Shown: positions 8,792 through 19,348, counted from the stretch's first letter. The stretch: DNA of 64,000 nt from a virus (IMGVR_UViG_3300028610_002211:1-64000), one strand, 5' to 3'. Notes: a model not told the origin generated them from the sequence alone. Numbers and translations are program-made.

Positions 8792-10174
8792 ATGGATCAA
8801 CCTGTTTTTGACATTGAATTTGAAAAAGAGATATTAGCGCAAGCGCTGAAAGAACCGGAATATACAAAATTAGCTTCTAGGGTTCTAAATGCACATCATT
8901 TTGGGACTTCGGAATTAGCTTGGTGTTGGGAAATAATTTTTGATGTTTGGACAAAAAACAAAGAACTACCATCAAAAAAACTTTTTGTTCAAAAGGCAAA
9001 ATACGCATTTGATGAAAAAGACGAACAATTAAAAAATCTTCGAGTTATCCGAAAATTATTTAAGTTAAAACCAAAAAATCCGCGTTCTACTCTCGAAGAA
9101 TTGACCGATTTTGTAAGATTGGTTGATGCGCAAAGAGCAATGGAACTTGCGGTTGACAAGCTTGGAAAACATCAAATAGACGGTGCTTATAGTGAATTTC
9201 ACAAATTGACAAAGCGCGATTATAGCCCGGTTCAATTTACGCGTGTCAAATGGATTGAAGAATTCGAAGAAAGGCAAATAGAGAGAAAATATCAGCGTGA
9301 TAATCCCGATTTGGTTGTTAAGGTTCCGACAAACATAAAAAAACTAGATCGAATTATTACCGGGTTGCAAATTGGTGAATTAGGCTTGGTGATGGGTACA
9401 ACCTCACAAGGTAAAAGCGCAATGTTAACGAATTTCGCTTATGCAGCTTTGATCGCTCGGGTTAGAAAATACAAAGTTGCTTATTTCGCTTTAGAAATGC
9501 CAGCGCGCCAAATAGCAATGAGACAAGATGCGCGTTGGTTGAGAATGGATTACAACAAATTCAAAAATTATGATTTCACAAAAAAAGAAAGAAGGCGGAT
9601 AGACAAAAAACTAAGGTCGGCAAGAAAAAGGCATAAAGAGTGTTTCGAGATCTTTAGTTTTCCACTTGGTAAGCCAACCATCAACTCTGTAAAAGACGCG
9701 TTAGAAAAATCGTTTGACGATTGTGGTTTTCGTCCTGATTTGGTTTTACTTGATTCGCCCGATCATATGCAACCGACAACAAAACAAGAGTCGACAAGAC
9801 TCAACCACACAGTTGTTTATCAAGAGTGTAAGGCGTTTGCCGAAGAAGACGGCTACGCGGTTTGGGCAAGCGTTCACGCCGGGCGCGATTGGGAAAAAAA
9901 GGTTGCAACAACACAAGCCGCCGGTGAAAGTTACGACAAATCAAGGATTGCCGATTTAGTGGTGACACTAAACACACCAGAAAAGAAAACTAGATCGACC
10001 CGGGTTATTATCGATGATGATGAAGATGAAGATTTTATTGACGACCCAACGACGCTTGCAAAATACCGTTATATTGAATTGTATCTTGCAAAATATCGCG
10101 ACGGCGAAGCGCGGATTTCAATTCCGCTTGATGGTAATTTTGCGAAAATGATCTTTGATGAGTTGGACGTATGA
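8792..10174 (+). CDS. dnaB: DnaB-like replicative helicase
   Basis: GTTSQGKS, FALEM, LLDSPD and LAKYRDG motifs. Confidence 0.88.
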   Translation: MDQPVFDIEFEKEILAQALKEPEYTKLASRVLNAHHFGTSELAWCWEIIFDVWTKNKELPSKKLFVQKAKYAFDEKDEQLKNLRVIRKLFKLKPKNPRSTLEELTDFVRLVDAQRAMELAVDKLGKHQIDGAYSEFHKLTKRDYSPVQFTRVKWIEEFEERQIERKYQRDNPDLVVKVPTNIKKLDRIITGLQIGELGLVMGTTSQGKSAMLTNFAYAALIARVRKYKVAYFALEMPARQIAMRQDARWLRMDYNKFKNYDFTKKERRRIDKKLRSARKRHKECFEIFSFPLGKPTINSVKDALEKSFDDCGFRPDLVLLDSPDHMQPTTKQESTRLNHTVVYQECKAFAEEDGYAVWASVHAGRDWEKKVATTQAAGESYDKSRIADLVVTLNTPEKKTRSTRVIIDDDEDEDFIDDPTTLAKYRYIELYLAKYRDGEARISIPLDGNFAKMIFDELDV

Positions 10175-11178
10175 AATTCGATATCCAAAAGTATGTTTTT
10201 ACCAATCTCGAAGGTTGTAAAAAAGGATCAACTGGGCAGATAAGCGCGGTTTGTCCTTTTTGCGGCCGAAGTAGTCCAATTTCTTTTTACGTAGATATTA
10301 AGACAGGCAATTATATTTGTTTCAAATGCGAAAAGCGCGGGCGCCATTTAGTTGGTGTTGTTGCCGAAGTTGAAAATATAACTTGGCAACAAGCAAGGGC
10401 GTTTTTACTTAAAAATCTTTTAGAGCGTAGAAGAAAAGAAACTCTACCAACCCTAATAGAGAAAATAAAGGGTTTGAGAGAAACAGACGACGAAGACAAA
10501 GAAGAGAAAATCCAACTGTTGCCAGATGAATTTGTGCCAATTTACGAACGCAAAAAATGGAGGTTTCCAACTTATCTAAAAGAGCGCGGTGTTAAACGAG
10601 AAACAGCGCGCATTTGGGGTTTGGGGTTTTGCAATAGAGGGCGATACAGAAACAGAATTATCATTCCGATCGTTTGCCCAATTGGCGAGTCTTTTACTTC
10701 GCGCACTATTATCAAAAAACAACTTCCAAAATATCTAAACCCGGTTTGCCCGTTTCAATCACACCTTTTGTTAGGTTGGCCACAGATTCAAAAAGGTGGT
10801 GATTTGGTGTTAGTTGAAGGGCCTTTGGACGTGATCAAAATGTCGCAAAACGGGTTTAACGCATTGGCGTTAAGTGGTAAGGTTTTACACTCTGAACAAA
10901 TCAGAATGTTGACCACTTTACCAAGCGATACAACGATCACGATCATGCTTGATCCGGAAGAAAAAAAGGCACCTTTGGAGGTCGCTAAACAACTTGTGTT
11001 TGTCTTCGAGGGGGTTTATATTTCTACTTTACCAATCGGCATTGACCCCGGAAGCGCTACCGGGGAACAAGTTGAGAAAGCGGTTGATAACGCTGTTATT
11101 TTTCGAGGCGAGCGGGGCGCTTCTCTTGACATAAACGTTAATTTGTTAAGACAAAAGTTAAAAGAAACTTATTCATGA
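10171..11178 (+). CDS. DNA primase (zinc finger + TOPRIM)
   Basis: CPFC...CFKC zinc finger; LVEGPLD and MLDPE TOPRIM motifs. Confidence 0.88.
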   Translation: MKFDIQKYVFTNLEGCKKGSTGQISAVCPFCGRSSPISFYVDIKTGNYICFKCEKRGRHLVGVVAEVENITWQQARAFLLKNLLERRRKETLPTLIEKIKGLRETDDEDKEEKIQLLPDEFVPIYERKKWRFPTYLKERGVKRETARIWGLGFCNRGRYRNRIIIPIVCPIGESFTSRTIIKKQLPKYLNPVCPFQSHLLLGWPQIQKGGDLVLVEGPLDVIKMSQNGFNALALSGKVLHSEQIRMLTTLPSDTTITIMLDPEEKKAPLEVAKQLVFVFEGVYISTLPIGIDPGSATGEQVEKAVDNAVIFRGERGASLDINVNLLRQKLKETYS

Positions 11179-11190
11179 TCGATTTTTTTC

Positions 11191-11221
11191 TTGACATATG
11201 AATTAGCGATGGTAATATTGT
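11191..11221 (+). promoter_or_regulatory. Promoter carrying the GAATTA box
   Basis: TTGACATATGAATTA followed by TAATAT/TATTGT. Confidence 0.55.
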
Positions 11222-11233
11222 GAGTAGAAGAAA

Positions 11234-12031
11234 GTGGAATGGAGAAAAAAATTGAAAGAGCAAAAATTACCAGCGTGTTTTGGAACTTATGAAGAAGGCG
11301 ATCAAGAGTGTGACGGTGGGCCTTGCGTGTTTAGAAAGCGTTGCGGCGCCTTCACCCGGTATTTAGGTACAACAAGAAAACGCAGTACGGCTTATTTGAC
11401 AATAGAGGATGATAGATCTGTGCCTAAGCACGGTTATGCGCCTTTTATACGTTTTTGTGAGCAACTTCTTAGAGATGAAGCAAGTCAAAAAATCAAAAAA
11501 CAACGCACGAAAGCGGTCGATCCAAACAGAGATAAAAGGAAAGATGGCCCAAGTATAAAAGCGAAACGCCGAAGCCGGATGACAAAAGCGCGGCGTGCAA
11601 GACGCAAACGAAACGAACTTTTGATCGTTTTTGAACAGTTCAAAGTAGACTTTGAAAGTAGGCTCAAAAATAGGACTTTTGCCGCTTCGGATCAAATCAT
11701 ATCCACTGGACAATTTTACCAGTTCGATCGGCTTAAAACATCTGATTACATTGGTATAAGGTGTAAAACAAATCGCGGGGTTGATTTTCCGTTGGTTGTT
11801 CTAAAACTCAAAACATCAACCGAAGCCTTTGACGTAAAATTACCTTTTACGACCAAAGAGTTTAGAAAATTGGTTTCCAAAAGCACATTTAACAAACTTC
11901 AGCTAGAAGACAAAGAAGAGGGACGGTTAAAGTCAATAATAAAAGACGCAAAACAACCCAAACTAGCTTTACTGTGCGAGGAACTTGTAAAAGCGGTAAA
12001 TCAGAATAGAATAGATTTACCATCAATCTAA
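11234..12031 (+). CDS. Hypothetical basic protein with N-terminal Cys cluster
   Basis: CFG..ECDGGPC...RC; K/R-rich middle region. Confidence 0.7.
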   Translation: MEWRKKLKEQKLPACFGTYEEGDQECDGGPCVFRKRCGAFTRYLGTTRKRSTAYLTIEDDRSVPKHGYAPFIRFCEQLLRDEASQKIKKQRTKAVDPNRDKRKDGPSIKAKRRSRMTKARRARRKRNELLIVFEQFKVDFESRLKNRTFAASDQIISTGQFYQFDRLKTSDYIGIRCKTNRGVDFPLVVLKLKTSTEAFDVKLPFTTKEFRKLVSKSTFNKLQLEDKEEGRLKSIIKDAKQPKLALLCEELVKAVNQNRIDLPSI

Positions 12032-12037
12032 CGAGAA

Positions 12038-13123
12038 ATGAAAAAAAGAAGTCTCAAGATCGTCATTGTTGGCGGCGGTGTAACCGGTTTGATGTGTGCG
12101 CATCAATTTTTAAAGTGTGCTGATGTTACCGTGATAGAAAAAGATCGTTTGGGTGGAGATTTTTCAAAAGGTGAAAACAAATATACACAAAGAACTGATC
12201 CTTTTTGTGCTTTGTTGGATTCTATTGACGTTCCATATTCGGTTTTTTTTGTCAAAAATGGCATTTTGTTGAAAAATAAAATAGAGAAAATGGGACAAGA
12301 CTTTTTCAAAAAAAGTAAGATGAACAGACTTGAGCGTTTAAATGACGATCATTTTAGGAAAACGCGTTTATTGGAACCGCCGAAAAATCTAAAAAACTCA
12401 ATGACTGAGCCAGCGCTTTTAAAAGTGTTTGGCGCTATCACAAAAATATCAGAAAGAAAGGCAATCAGAACAGACTCTGTTATGCTTCTTGAAAGTCTTG
12501 TTTATCATCTCGACGGGGTTAAAAGAGTTTTCTCAAAAGTGGTTGGGATTGGTATTAAGAGTTTGAAAGTTGAAAATGGAGAAACCATATATTTTGATTT
12601 TTTAATTTTTACTATTCCATTATGGGAAATCAAAAAAATCGTATGGTGGAAAATTGGTTACTATAACGCAGTTAGGCGAAACGTTTTGTTTGTTCAACCA
12701 AAATTTCCAAAAACATTTTTGAAAAAAAATGGTTGTAAAACCGAAATTGAATTTTCATCAGATCGGTTTGCTGCGTGGGATTACATTTATACTCCATATA
12801 CAATCGGCGGTGTTGTTTATAGGATGTCACCATTTGATAACGGCTATGCAATAGAGGTGAACGGCGAATTGACAACAGAAAGGAAAGAGCGGATTTATTC
12901 AGATCTGTATTTTCTTTTTCCCGATAATTGGCATTTTATAAAAGATCCGGTTGTTTTGAAAGGTCACATGTTACAAAGCGAAAGTGTTGATTTTTCAAAA
13001 TGGCCAAAGAATATTTGTGCGATCGGTCGTTATGCTCGTTGGGATGTTAACGCAACGTTAGACGTTTCTCTTGATAAAGTGTTAGAGGTTAAAACAAATT
13101 GGGGTTTTTGTGACGAAAACTAA
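12038..13123 (+). CDS. FAD/NAD(P)-binding oxidoreductase
   Basis: IVIVGGGVTG Rossmann motif, IEK..LGG, C-terminal IGRYARW (UDP-galactopyranose mutase/protoporphyrinogen oxidase-like family). Confidence 0.75.
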   Translation: MKKRSLKIVIVGGGVTGLMCAHQFLKCADVTVIEKDRLGGDFSKGENKYTQRTDPFCALLDSIDVPYSVFFVKNGILLKNKIEKMGQDFFKKSKMNRLERLNDDHFRKTRLLEPPKNLKNSMTEPALLKVFGAITKISERKAIRTDSVMLLESLVYHLDGVKRVFSKVVGIGIKSLKVENGETIYFDFLIFTIPLWEIKKIVWWKIGYYNAVRRNVLFVQPKFPKTFLKKNGCKTEIEFSSDRFAAWDYIYTPYTIGGVVYRMSPFDNGYAIEVNGELTTERKERIYSDLYFLFPDNWHFIKDPVVLKGHMLQSESVDFSKWPKNICAIGRYARWDVNATLDVSLDKVLEVKTNWGFCDEN

Positions 13124-16100
13124 AAAAGACGATTTCGTCCATTTGCATACTCATAGTGATATGTCACAACTGGACGGTTGCGCGACAATAGACGCCTATA
13201 CAAGGGCCGCAAAGAAGCGGGGTAACCCCGCTATAGCTATTACTGATCACGGGACTCTGAGAGGCTACCACGCGTTACACGAGGCAACTGAAAAACACGG
13301 GGTTAACCCGATTTATGGGATCGAATTCTATGTTGCAAAAAAAATGCGGCGCAAAGGATTAACCGACGAAGAAAAACAAGTTATTAGCGACGGCATGAAA
13401 AAGGCCGAAGCAAAGATCGCGGTTAAGGAGTTTGAGGAACAGGAAGGGATTAGGGACCGTTGGCATTTGACAGTTTGGGCGAAAAACGACGAAGGGTTGA
13501 AAAACCTCTTTTATCTATCCTCAAAGGCCTACACAGACGGGTTTTACTATAAACCAAGGATAGATATAGACGCATTGATAAAACACGGTGACGGGCTCAT
13601 GGTGGGTTCCGGTTGTCTTGCTAGTGTTGTTAATGATCGAGTAATAGCAGGGAAGAAGAAAGAAGCAATTAAGGTATCAGATCAATTATTTGATCGCTTT
13701 GGTTCTGATTATTGGTTAGAAATTCAACCACATCCAATCGATGAACAAGAAATTGCAAATAAATATTGCATGAATTTATCAAAACGGTATGGCGGAAAAG
13801 TTGGATTGTTGGCGACACAAGACGCGCATTATGTTGGCCGCAAAGATGCAATCCATCACGATGTTATGTTGTGTATTGGTACGCATAAGTATTTGTCAGA
13901 TCAAAAGCGTTTTCGTTTTGACGGCGATGGGTTCTTTTTGAAAAGGCGCGGACAAATGCGCCGATCGTTTGAAGATTGCCACCCGCTTTTGACAAAGCGG
14001 CAAATCAAAGAGGCACTTGATAACACAATGGCTTTCGCTGAACGTGTAACGGCCAAAGTGGAAATCGATTACTTAAAAGGAATATTACCAGAAGTTGAAT
14101 TGGGTGAAGGGTTTGATAACGATTGGAGTTATTTCAAATCGCTTTGTTTTCAAGGTTGGATTTGGCGCGCAATGGACAAAAAAATCAAATTTGTCGCAAA
14201 AATGCGTGACGAAAAAAAATCGAGAATAGCAAAGGAATATAAAACCCGTTTAGCGTATGAAATGAACACAATCAAAAAACAAAAATTCATCCCGTATTTT
14301 TTGGTTGTTTATGATATTTATCGTTGGGTTCGAGAGAATAAAATAATGTGCGGACCGGGGCGCGGATCGGCGGCGGGCTCGCTTGTTTCGTATTTACTTG
14401 GTATCACTTCAGTTGACCCGATAGAACACGGGCTTTTGTTTGAACGTTTTATGAACCCGGATCGGATCGACTTGCCTGACATCGATATGGATTTTGAAGA
14501 TTCGCGGCGGCAAGAAATAATCGATTATTTGCGCGATAAATACGGACACGATCGTGTTGCCCAGATTGCCACGATCGGGACACTGAAGGGCAAAGCGTGT
14601 GTGCGGGATGTGAGCCGGGTTTTAGGCGTGCCAATTGCCGCAGTCAATGAGGTGGCAAGCTCAATAATTGAACGCTCTAGCGCGCATCCTAGGACGCATA
14701 AGACCATTGTCGATTCATTCAAAGAATTTGAAGTTTGTCAAAGATTCGATCGAAAGTATCCAAGCGTTGTTCAACATGCAAGTAAGCTCGAAGGTATGGC
14801 TAAATCGTTAGGTATTCACGCGGCCGGTGTTGTTGTTGCACCAAAGCCGATTTGGCGCTATACGCCAGTCGAATCAAGGAAACATAAAGGGCGAGATATT
14901 ATCGTAACAGCGCTTGATATGAACGGCGTAGCGGCGATCGGTTTAGTCAAGCTCGATGTGCTCGGGTTGAAGACTTTGACGGTGTTACGCGAGTGTTTAG
15001 AAGCGATCGAAGAAAGGCACGGTGAAACGATCGACCTTGAACGGGTTGACCTTTACGATCAAACTGTTTTGGACCGTTTTACAGCTCGTGATTTTTCAGG
15101 CGTTTTTCAATTTGATACGCCAAGCGCCGATAAAATGTGTGAAGGGATTGTTTTTGACCGATTTGCAGATTTACCAGCTTTGAACGCGTTGAATCGGCCG
15201 GGTGCTACTCGAAGCGGATTGGCCAAAGAATGGATTGCCAAGAAGAAAAATCCAAAAAAGCGCAAAAAAAGCAAATTTCATAAAAGTGTTGTTGAGATCA
15301 CTTCTGATACTTTGGGCGTTATTACGTATCAAGAACACGTTAATCAAATTTTTATCGATGTTGCTGGTTTTGAACCTGCTCGTGCAGACAAACTTAGAAA
15401 GAAAATTGGAAAGTCAAAAGGCAAAGAGGCGATTGATGAAATACGCGACGAATTTATTAAAGGTGCGGTAAAGAAACACGGTAAAGATGGAATGACAGTT
15501 GAAGCGGCTGAAAAGATAATAAACGCGATTGCTCATTTTGGAGCTTATGGATTCAACCGTTCGCACTCTGTTAGTTATGCGATTATCGCTTATTGGGCGA
15601 TGTTTTTGAAAACGTATTACGCGCTTGAATTTTATTGGTCGCTTTTGAAAAACGAAGAGGATATAACTAAAGTCCAAAAAATCGCGAAAGACGCAAAACG
15701 GCGTGGAATCAAAATCTTACCCCCAGATATTTCAGTTAGTAGAAAAGATTTCGCGATCGATCCGAATGAAGAAAACACGATTTGGGGTAGTTTAGCAGAC
15801 ATCAAAGGGGTTGGTGAAAAAGCGATTTCGACGATAGTTGAAAACCAACCGTTTAAAAGCTTTTGGGACTTTGTAGAAAGAACAAATAGACGCCAATGTC
15901 ACAAGGGCGTTACCAAAGCGTTGGTAAAATCTGGCGCAATGGATTTGTATATCCCAAATATAAAATGGTTATTAGACAACTTCGATAGTTTTTGGGGCAA
16001 TCTTACAAAACACCATGTAAAAAAAGCGTTGAAAAAATCGCGTAAAAAACCAGATTATGATCGCGAAGAACGAAATCTTTTAGCTTCAACGGTCAATCCG

Positions 16101-16925
16101 TTTTCATTCGGTGAACATCCGATCATTGCTTATAGGCGATTTTTGAAAGAGCATATAAAGGTCAAAGTTTCTCCTTTGGGTGGTGATTTTTACGATAAAT
16201 TTAACAACAAACACCCATTTATTTTGGGAATAATTGTTGATTCGAAATTTGCTCGAATTGGTGATTATCACACCGGCGATTTGCCAAATAAACAAGATAG
16301 AAAAAGACAATTTTGGGGCCACAGATACGCCAATGCAAACATTGAAGGGCGCGATGGTGATCAACGCCGGGTTAAATTCGATATAGATATTTTTGAACAA
16401 GCAAGATCTGTTTTAGACTCAGGTTCTGGCACCCCGGTTTTGGTTCATTGTAGCAACGTTAACGCCGCTTATTCATCTGTAAAAGCAAATTTCATTTTAG
16501 ACTTGGAAAGTTTGAGGAAAAGGATTAAAACAGGCGAAGAACTTTCGATGATAGAAAGGCTTGTCACTGGCGATCATCCTGCATTATCTTACCCATGGAA
16601 AAGTGAAAAAATAAAAAACGAAATGACAACTCATGAAAAATTCAAAAAGTCTCGCGGTGGCGGTATTTTTTGTGGGGTGATTACACACATTAGAATCAAA
16701 TACGACAAAAATGACAATCAAATGGCTTTCATTGGCGTTTTTGGCGTTAAAAAACACATAGAGGTTGTTTGTTTTTCTTCTAATTGGTTGCAAGATCGTA
16801 AAAAGATAATCGAAGGATCTAATCGTTTAATCAAAATTGCTGTTGAAAAACAAAGACAAAGAGGGCGCGGTTTGTCGTTTTTTTATAACGGCGGCGGTGT
16901 AAAGGTTTTGGATGGGACCAAATAA
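13110..16925 (+). CDS. dnaE: DNA polymerase III alpha subunit (family C)
   Basis: PHP domain HLHTHS/TDHG/DAHY; GPGRGSAAGSLV; PDIDMD; GIHAAG; KLDVLGL; YGFNRSHS. Confidence 0.97.
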   Translation: MTKTKKDDFVHLHTHSDMSQLDGCATIDAYTRAAKKRGNPAIAITDHGTLRGYHALHEATEKHGVNPIYGIEFYVAKKMRRKGLTDEEKQVISDGMKKAEAKIAVKEFEEQEGIRDRWHLTVWAKNDEGLKNLFYLSSKAYTDGFYYKPRIDIDALIKHGDGLMVGSGCLASVVNDRVIAGKKKEAIKVSDQLFDRFGSDYWLEIQPHPIDEQEIANKYCMNLSKRYGGKVGLLATQDAHYVGRKDAIHHDVMLCIGTHKYLSDQKRFRFDGDGFFLKRRGQMRRSFEDCHPLLTKRQIKEALDNTMAFAERVTAKVEIDYLKGILPEVELGEGFDNDWSYFKSLCFQGWIWRAMDKKIKFVAKMRDEKKSRIAKEYKTRLAYEMNTIKKQKFIPYFLVVYDIYRWVRENKIMCGPGRGSAAGSLVSYLLGITSVDPIEHGLLFERFMNPDRIDLPDIDMDFEDSRRQEIIDYLRDKYGHDRVAQIATIGTLKGKACVRDVSRVLGVPIAAVNEVASSIIERSSAHPRTHKTIVDSFKEFEVCQRFDRKYPSVVQHASKLEGMAKSLGIHAAGVVVAPKPIWRYTPVESRKHKGRDIIVTALDMNGVAAIGLVKLDVLGLKTLTVLRECLEAIEERHGETIDLERVDLYDQTVLDRFTARDFSGVFQFDTPSADKMCEGIVFDRFADLPALNALNRPGATRSGLAKEWIAKKKNPKKRKKSKFHKSVVEITSDTLGVITYQEHVNQIFIDVAGFEPARADKLRKKIGKSKGKEAIDEIRDEFIKGAVKKHGKDGMTVEAAEKIINAIAHFGAYGFNRSHSVSYAIIAYWAMFLKTYYALEFYWSLLKNEEDITKVQKIAKDAKRRGIKILPPDISVSRKDFAIDPNEENTIWGSLADIKGVGEKAISTIVENQPFKSFWDFVERTNRRQCHKGVTKALVKSGAMDLYIPNIKWLLDNFDSFWGNLTKHHVKKALKKSRKKPDYDREERNLLASTVNPFSFGEHPIIAYRRFLKEHIKVKVSPLGGDFYDKFNNKHPFILGIIVDSKFARIGDYHTGDLPNKQDRKRQFWGHRYANANIEGRDGDQRRVKFDIDIFEQARSVLDSGSGTPVLVHCSNVNAAYSSVKANFILDLESLRKRIKTGEELSMIERLVTGDHPALSYPWKSEKIKNEMTTHEKFKKSRGGGIFCGVITHIRIKYDKNDNQMAFIGVFGVKKHIEVVCFSSNWLQDRKKIIEGSNRLIKIAVEKQRQRGRGLSFFYNGGGVKVLDGTK

Positions 16926-17226
16926 AGACATAGGGTTGGTTGAATTGTCGAAAGAATGTGGTTTATATTCTTTCAAATGTAAACATTGCGGGCGCAAAAA
17001 CAAAGGAATTGAAGCGTTGCGATCTCTATTCGATTTAGTTTTGAAAGAGGTTGCAAAGACAAAGGTGGTTAGAATAATGGGATTTGGGTCTTTTCGTTTA
17101 ACTCGTTGGAAAGCTCCAAAAACAGAAATCACAAAAGGTTTAATCTATATTCACAGAATTAGTTTTAAGCCGAGCAAAACAGCAAAAGCGAAAGTGCTTG
17201 AAAGTGTAAAAACAAAGGAGGAATAA
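16912..17226 (+). CDS. HU/IHF-family DNA-binding protein
   Basis: VRIMGFGSF...ISFKPSK signature. Confidence 0.75.
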   Translation: MGPNKDIGLVELSKECGLYSFKCKHCGRKNKGIEALRSLFDLVLKEVAKTKVVRIMGFGSFRLTRWKAPKTEITKGLIYIHRISFKPSKTAKAKVLESVKTKEE

Positions 17227-17231
17227 AAAAA

Positions 17232-17522
17232 ATGCCACGTGGAGGAAATCACCCAAAACACCCCAAATGTCCGAGGTGTAAAAAGGCGTTGTACAAAACG
17301 CAAAAAAAGGGGACGGCTTCAAAAAAAGAAGATCCGTTTGCGCATTGTCGAAATGAGGCTTGCGATCTTTTCGACACTATCCAAGATCCGGAAGTCGAAG
17401 GGGCTGAAGACGACGGGAATCCGAAAAAAGCAGTTGTTGTGACCTTCGAAAACGGCCCGGTTGAATTGGCGTTGTTAGAATGTCAACACGATGATGATTA
17501 TTTCTATGAACCGGCGGAATAA
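17232..17522 (+). CDS. Zinc-finger protein, paralog of 30275..30673
   Basis: HPKHPKCxxC...LYKT...CRNxxC. Confidence 0.65.
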   Translation: MPRGGNHPKHPKCPRCKKALYKTQKKGTASKKEDPFAHCRNEACDLFDTIQDPEVEGAEDDGNPKKAVVVTFENGPVELALLECQHDDDYFYEPAE

Positions 17523-17524
17523 TC

Positions 17525-17959
17525 ATGAAAGCGCCAAAGAAAATTAAATTAGTTGTCAATGGTAAAAAAATCCGTGTTCCATTAACAACTTTGAAAATAA
17601 GAAGCATTGACAAATCTATGCGGCAAATTTCGGCTAAGATCGCCCATTGGGGCACTGTATTAGCCGAAGCCGAACGCGAAAGGGATATGGCAAACGCTTT
17701 TTATAGACAATGGAGGGCAAAAAAAGGAAAACAAGTTTGTGGTGATTCAAAAATGCCAGAGTGGAAACTTAATCAAGAGCTTAATTCTGATGAACTTTTT
17801 ATTAAATTAAAACAAAAGATCGCAGACGCAGAATTTAACGTTTCTGTTTTGGCTCGTTTTTTTGCAGCCTTGGACAGACAGGCGTTTAACCTTCCATCGA
17901 TTGGAGCAAGAAAACGGAGTAGACTCCAATCGGCAGAAATGACAACCAAAAGAAAATAG
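17525..17959 (+). CDS. Helical protein, possible recombination mediator (UvsY-like position)
   Basis: Helical sequence; upstream of SSB and RecA. Confidence 0.35.
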   Translation: MKAPKKIKLVVNGKKIRVPLTTLKIRSIDKSMRQISAKIAHWGTVLAEAERERDMANAFYRQWRAKKGKQVCGDSKMPEWKLNQELNSDELFIKLKQKIADAEFNVSVLARFFAALDRQAFNLPSIGARKRSRLQSAEMTTKRK

Positions 17960-17974
17960 GAGAAAAAAAACAAA

Positions 17975-19348
17975 ATGGTCAATTTGAAGAGAATGAAAAA
18001 AAAGTATGACGAAACGCGCAAGGGCGGCGAATTCTGGCAAGTGCCACAGGGTGATTCTTTGATTTACCTTCACCCGGGTTGCAAAAAGTTTGAAAACTTC
18101 GAACTCACCGAAGGGACAAACTTTTTGCCGGTAACTGTGCATTACATTGGAGGGACCGCCGTCCTTTGTATGGATCCAAAGAAAAACCCAATCATCAAAC
18201 ACCCGGACATTGTCAAAGCGCTCAAGAAGAAAGGGATCAAGGTTAAGGGAAAGTGTCAAATTGATGTTGCGATCGACAAAGAAAAGATCGATAGCGATGC
18301 AGCCGATGATGCGAAACCAACAACACGTTTTCTTTTCGGCATTACACCAATAGGGCAACGAAAGAAGAAAGGCCAGGAGTGGCAAAATCTCGATCCGCGT
18401 CCCGCTCCAATGTTTGTTGGAAAAACCATCTTCGACGGCATTATGAGTGCGTTTATGGAGCTTGACGAAGACATTACCGATCCAAAATCGGCGACCTTTC
18501 TCATTTTGAATCGAACCGGCAAAGGGAAGACAGATACTCGCTACACCGTTCTTTATGACCCCGAAACAACGAAAAAACCCGCGAAGCTCGAAAAAGCGCT
18601 TAGAGCGTTGGTTGCAAAAGCGATTGACGAAGGTGGCGCGGCCGATTTGTTTTCGATCGTTGTTTCATTGGCTAAAACTGAAAGTGAGGTCAAAGCGATT
18701 GTTCAGGGTGTTCCTGTTGAAGATGACGACGATGACGACGATCACGATGACGACGATGATGACGATGATGATAACGACGATGATGATAACGGCGGCGACG
18801 ATGACGACGATGATGATAACGACGACGATGATGACGATGATGACGATGATGACGACGATGATGACGACGATGACGATGATGACGACGATGATGACGACGA
18901 TGATGACGATGATGACGACGATGATGACGATGATGACGACGATGACGACGACGATGATGACGATGATGACGACGATGACGACGATGATGATGACGATGAT
19001 GATGACGATGACGATGACGATGATGATGACGACGATGACGATGACGACGATGACGATGATGACTTAAGTGACATCGACAAAGAGATCGCTAAAGCTTCCA
19101 AAGGGAAAAAGGGAAGGGCAACCAAAGCCAAGGGTAAAGGGAAAAAGGCCAAGGATGAACCCAAAGCCAAGGGCAAAAAGGCCAAGGGCAAAAAGGCCAA
19201 AGATGAACCCAAAAAAGGTAAAGGAAAAAAGGCCAAAGAAGAACCCAAAAAAGGCAAAGGAAAAAAGGCCAAAGAGAAAAAGGCCAAGGATGAACCCAAA
19301 GCCAAAAAAGGCAAAGGAAAAAAAGCCAAAGGGAAAAAGAAGAAATAA
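17975..19348 (+). CDS. gp32-like single-stranded DNA-binding protein with poly-Asp and Lys-rich tail
   Basis: FW..PQG, VHY...C, GKTIF, DITDP...RTGKG..T.Y pattern of gp32-type SSBs; next to recA. Confidence 0.7.
   Translation: MVNLKRMKKKYDETRKGGEFWQVPQGDSLIYLHPGCKKFENFELTEGTNFLPVTVHYIGGTAVLCMDPKKNPIIKHPDIVKALKKKGIKVKGKCQIDVAIDKEKIDSDAADDAKPTTRFLFGITPIGQRKKKGQEWQNLDPRPAPMFVGKTIFDGIMSAFMELDEDITDPKSATFLILNRTGKGKTDTRYTVLYDPETTKKPAKLEKALRALVAKAIDEGGAADLFSIVVSLAKTESEVKAIVQGVPVEDDDDDDDHDDDDDDDDDNDDDDNGGDDDDDDDNDDDDDDDDDDDDDDDDDDDDDDDDDDDDDDDDDDDDDDDDDDDDDDDDDDDDDDDDDDDDDDDDDDDDDDDDDDDDDDDDDLSDIDKEIAKASKGKKGRATKAKGKGKKAKDEPKAKGKKAKGKKAKDEPKKGKGKKAKEEPKKGKGKKAKEKKAKDEPKAKKGKGKKAKGKKKK
18722..19063 (+). 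repeat. GAY trinucleotide tract (114 codons, almost all Asp)
   Basis: Mixed GAT/GAC codons in frame. Confidence 0.95.
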
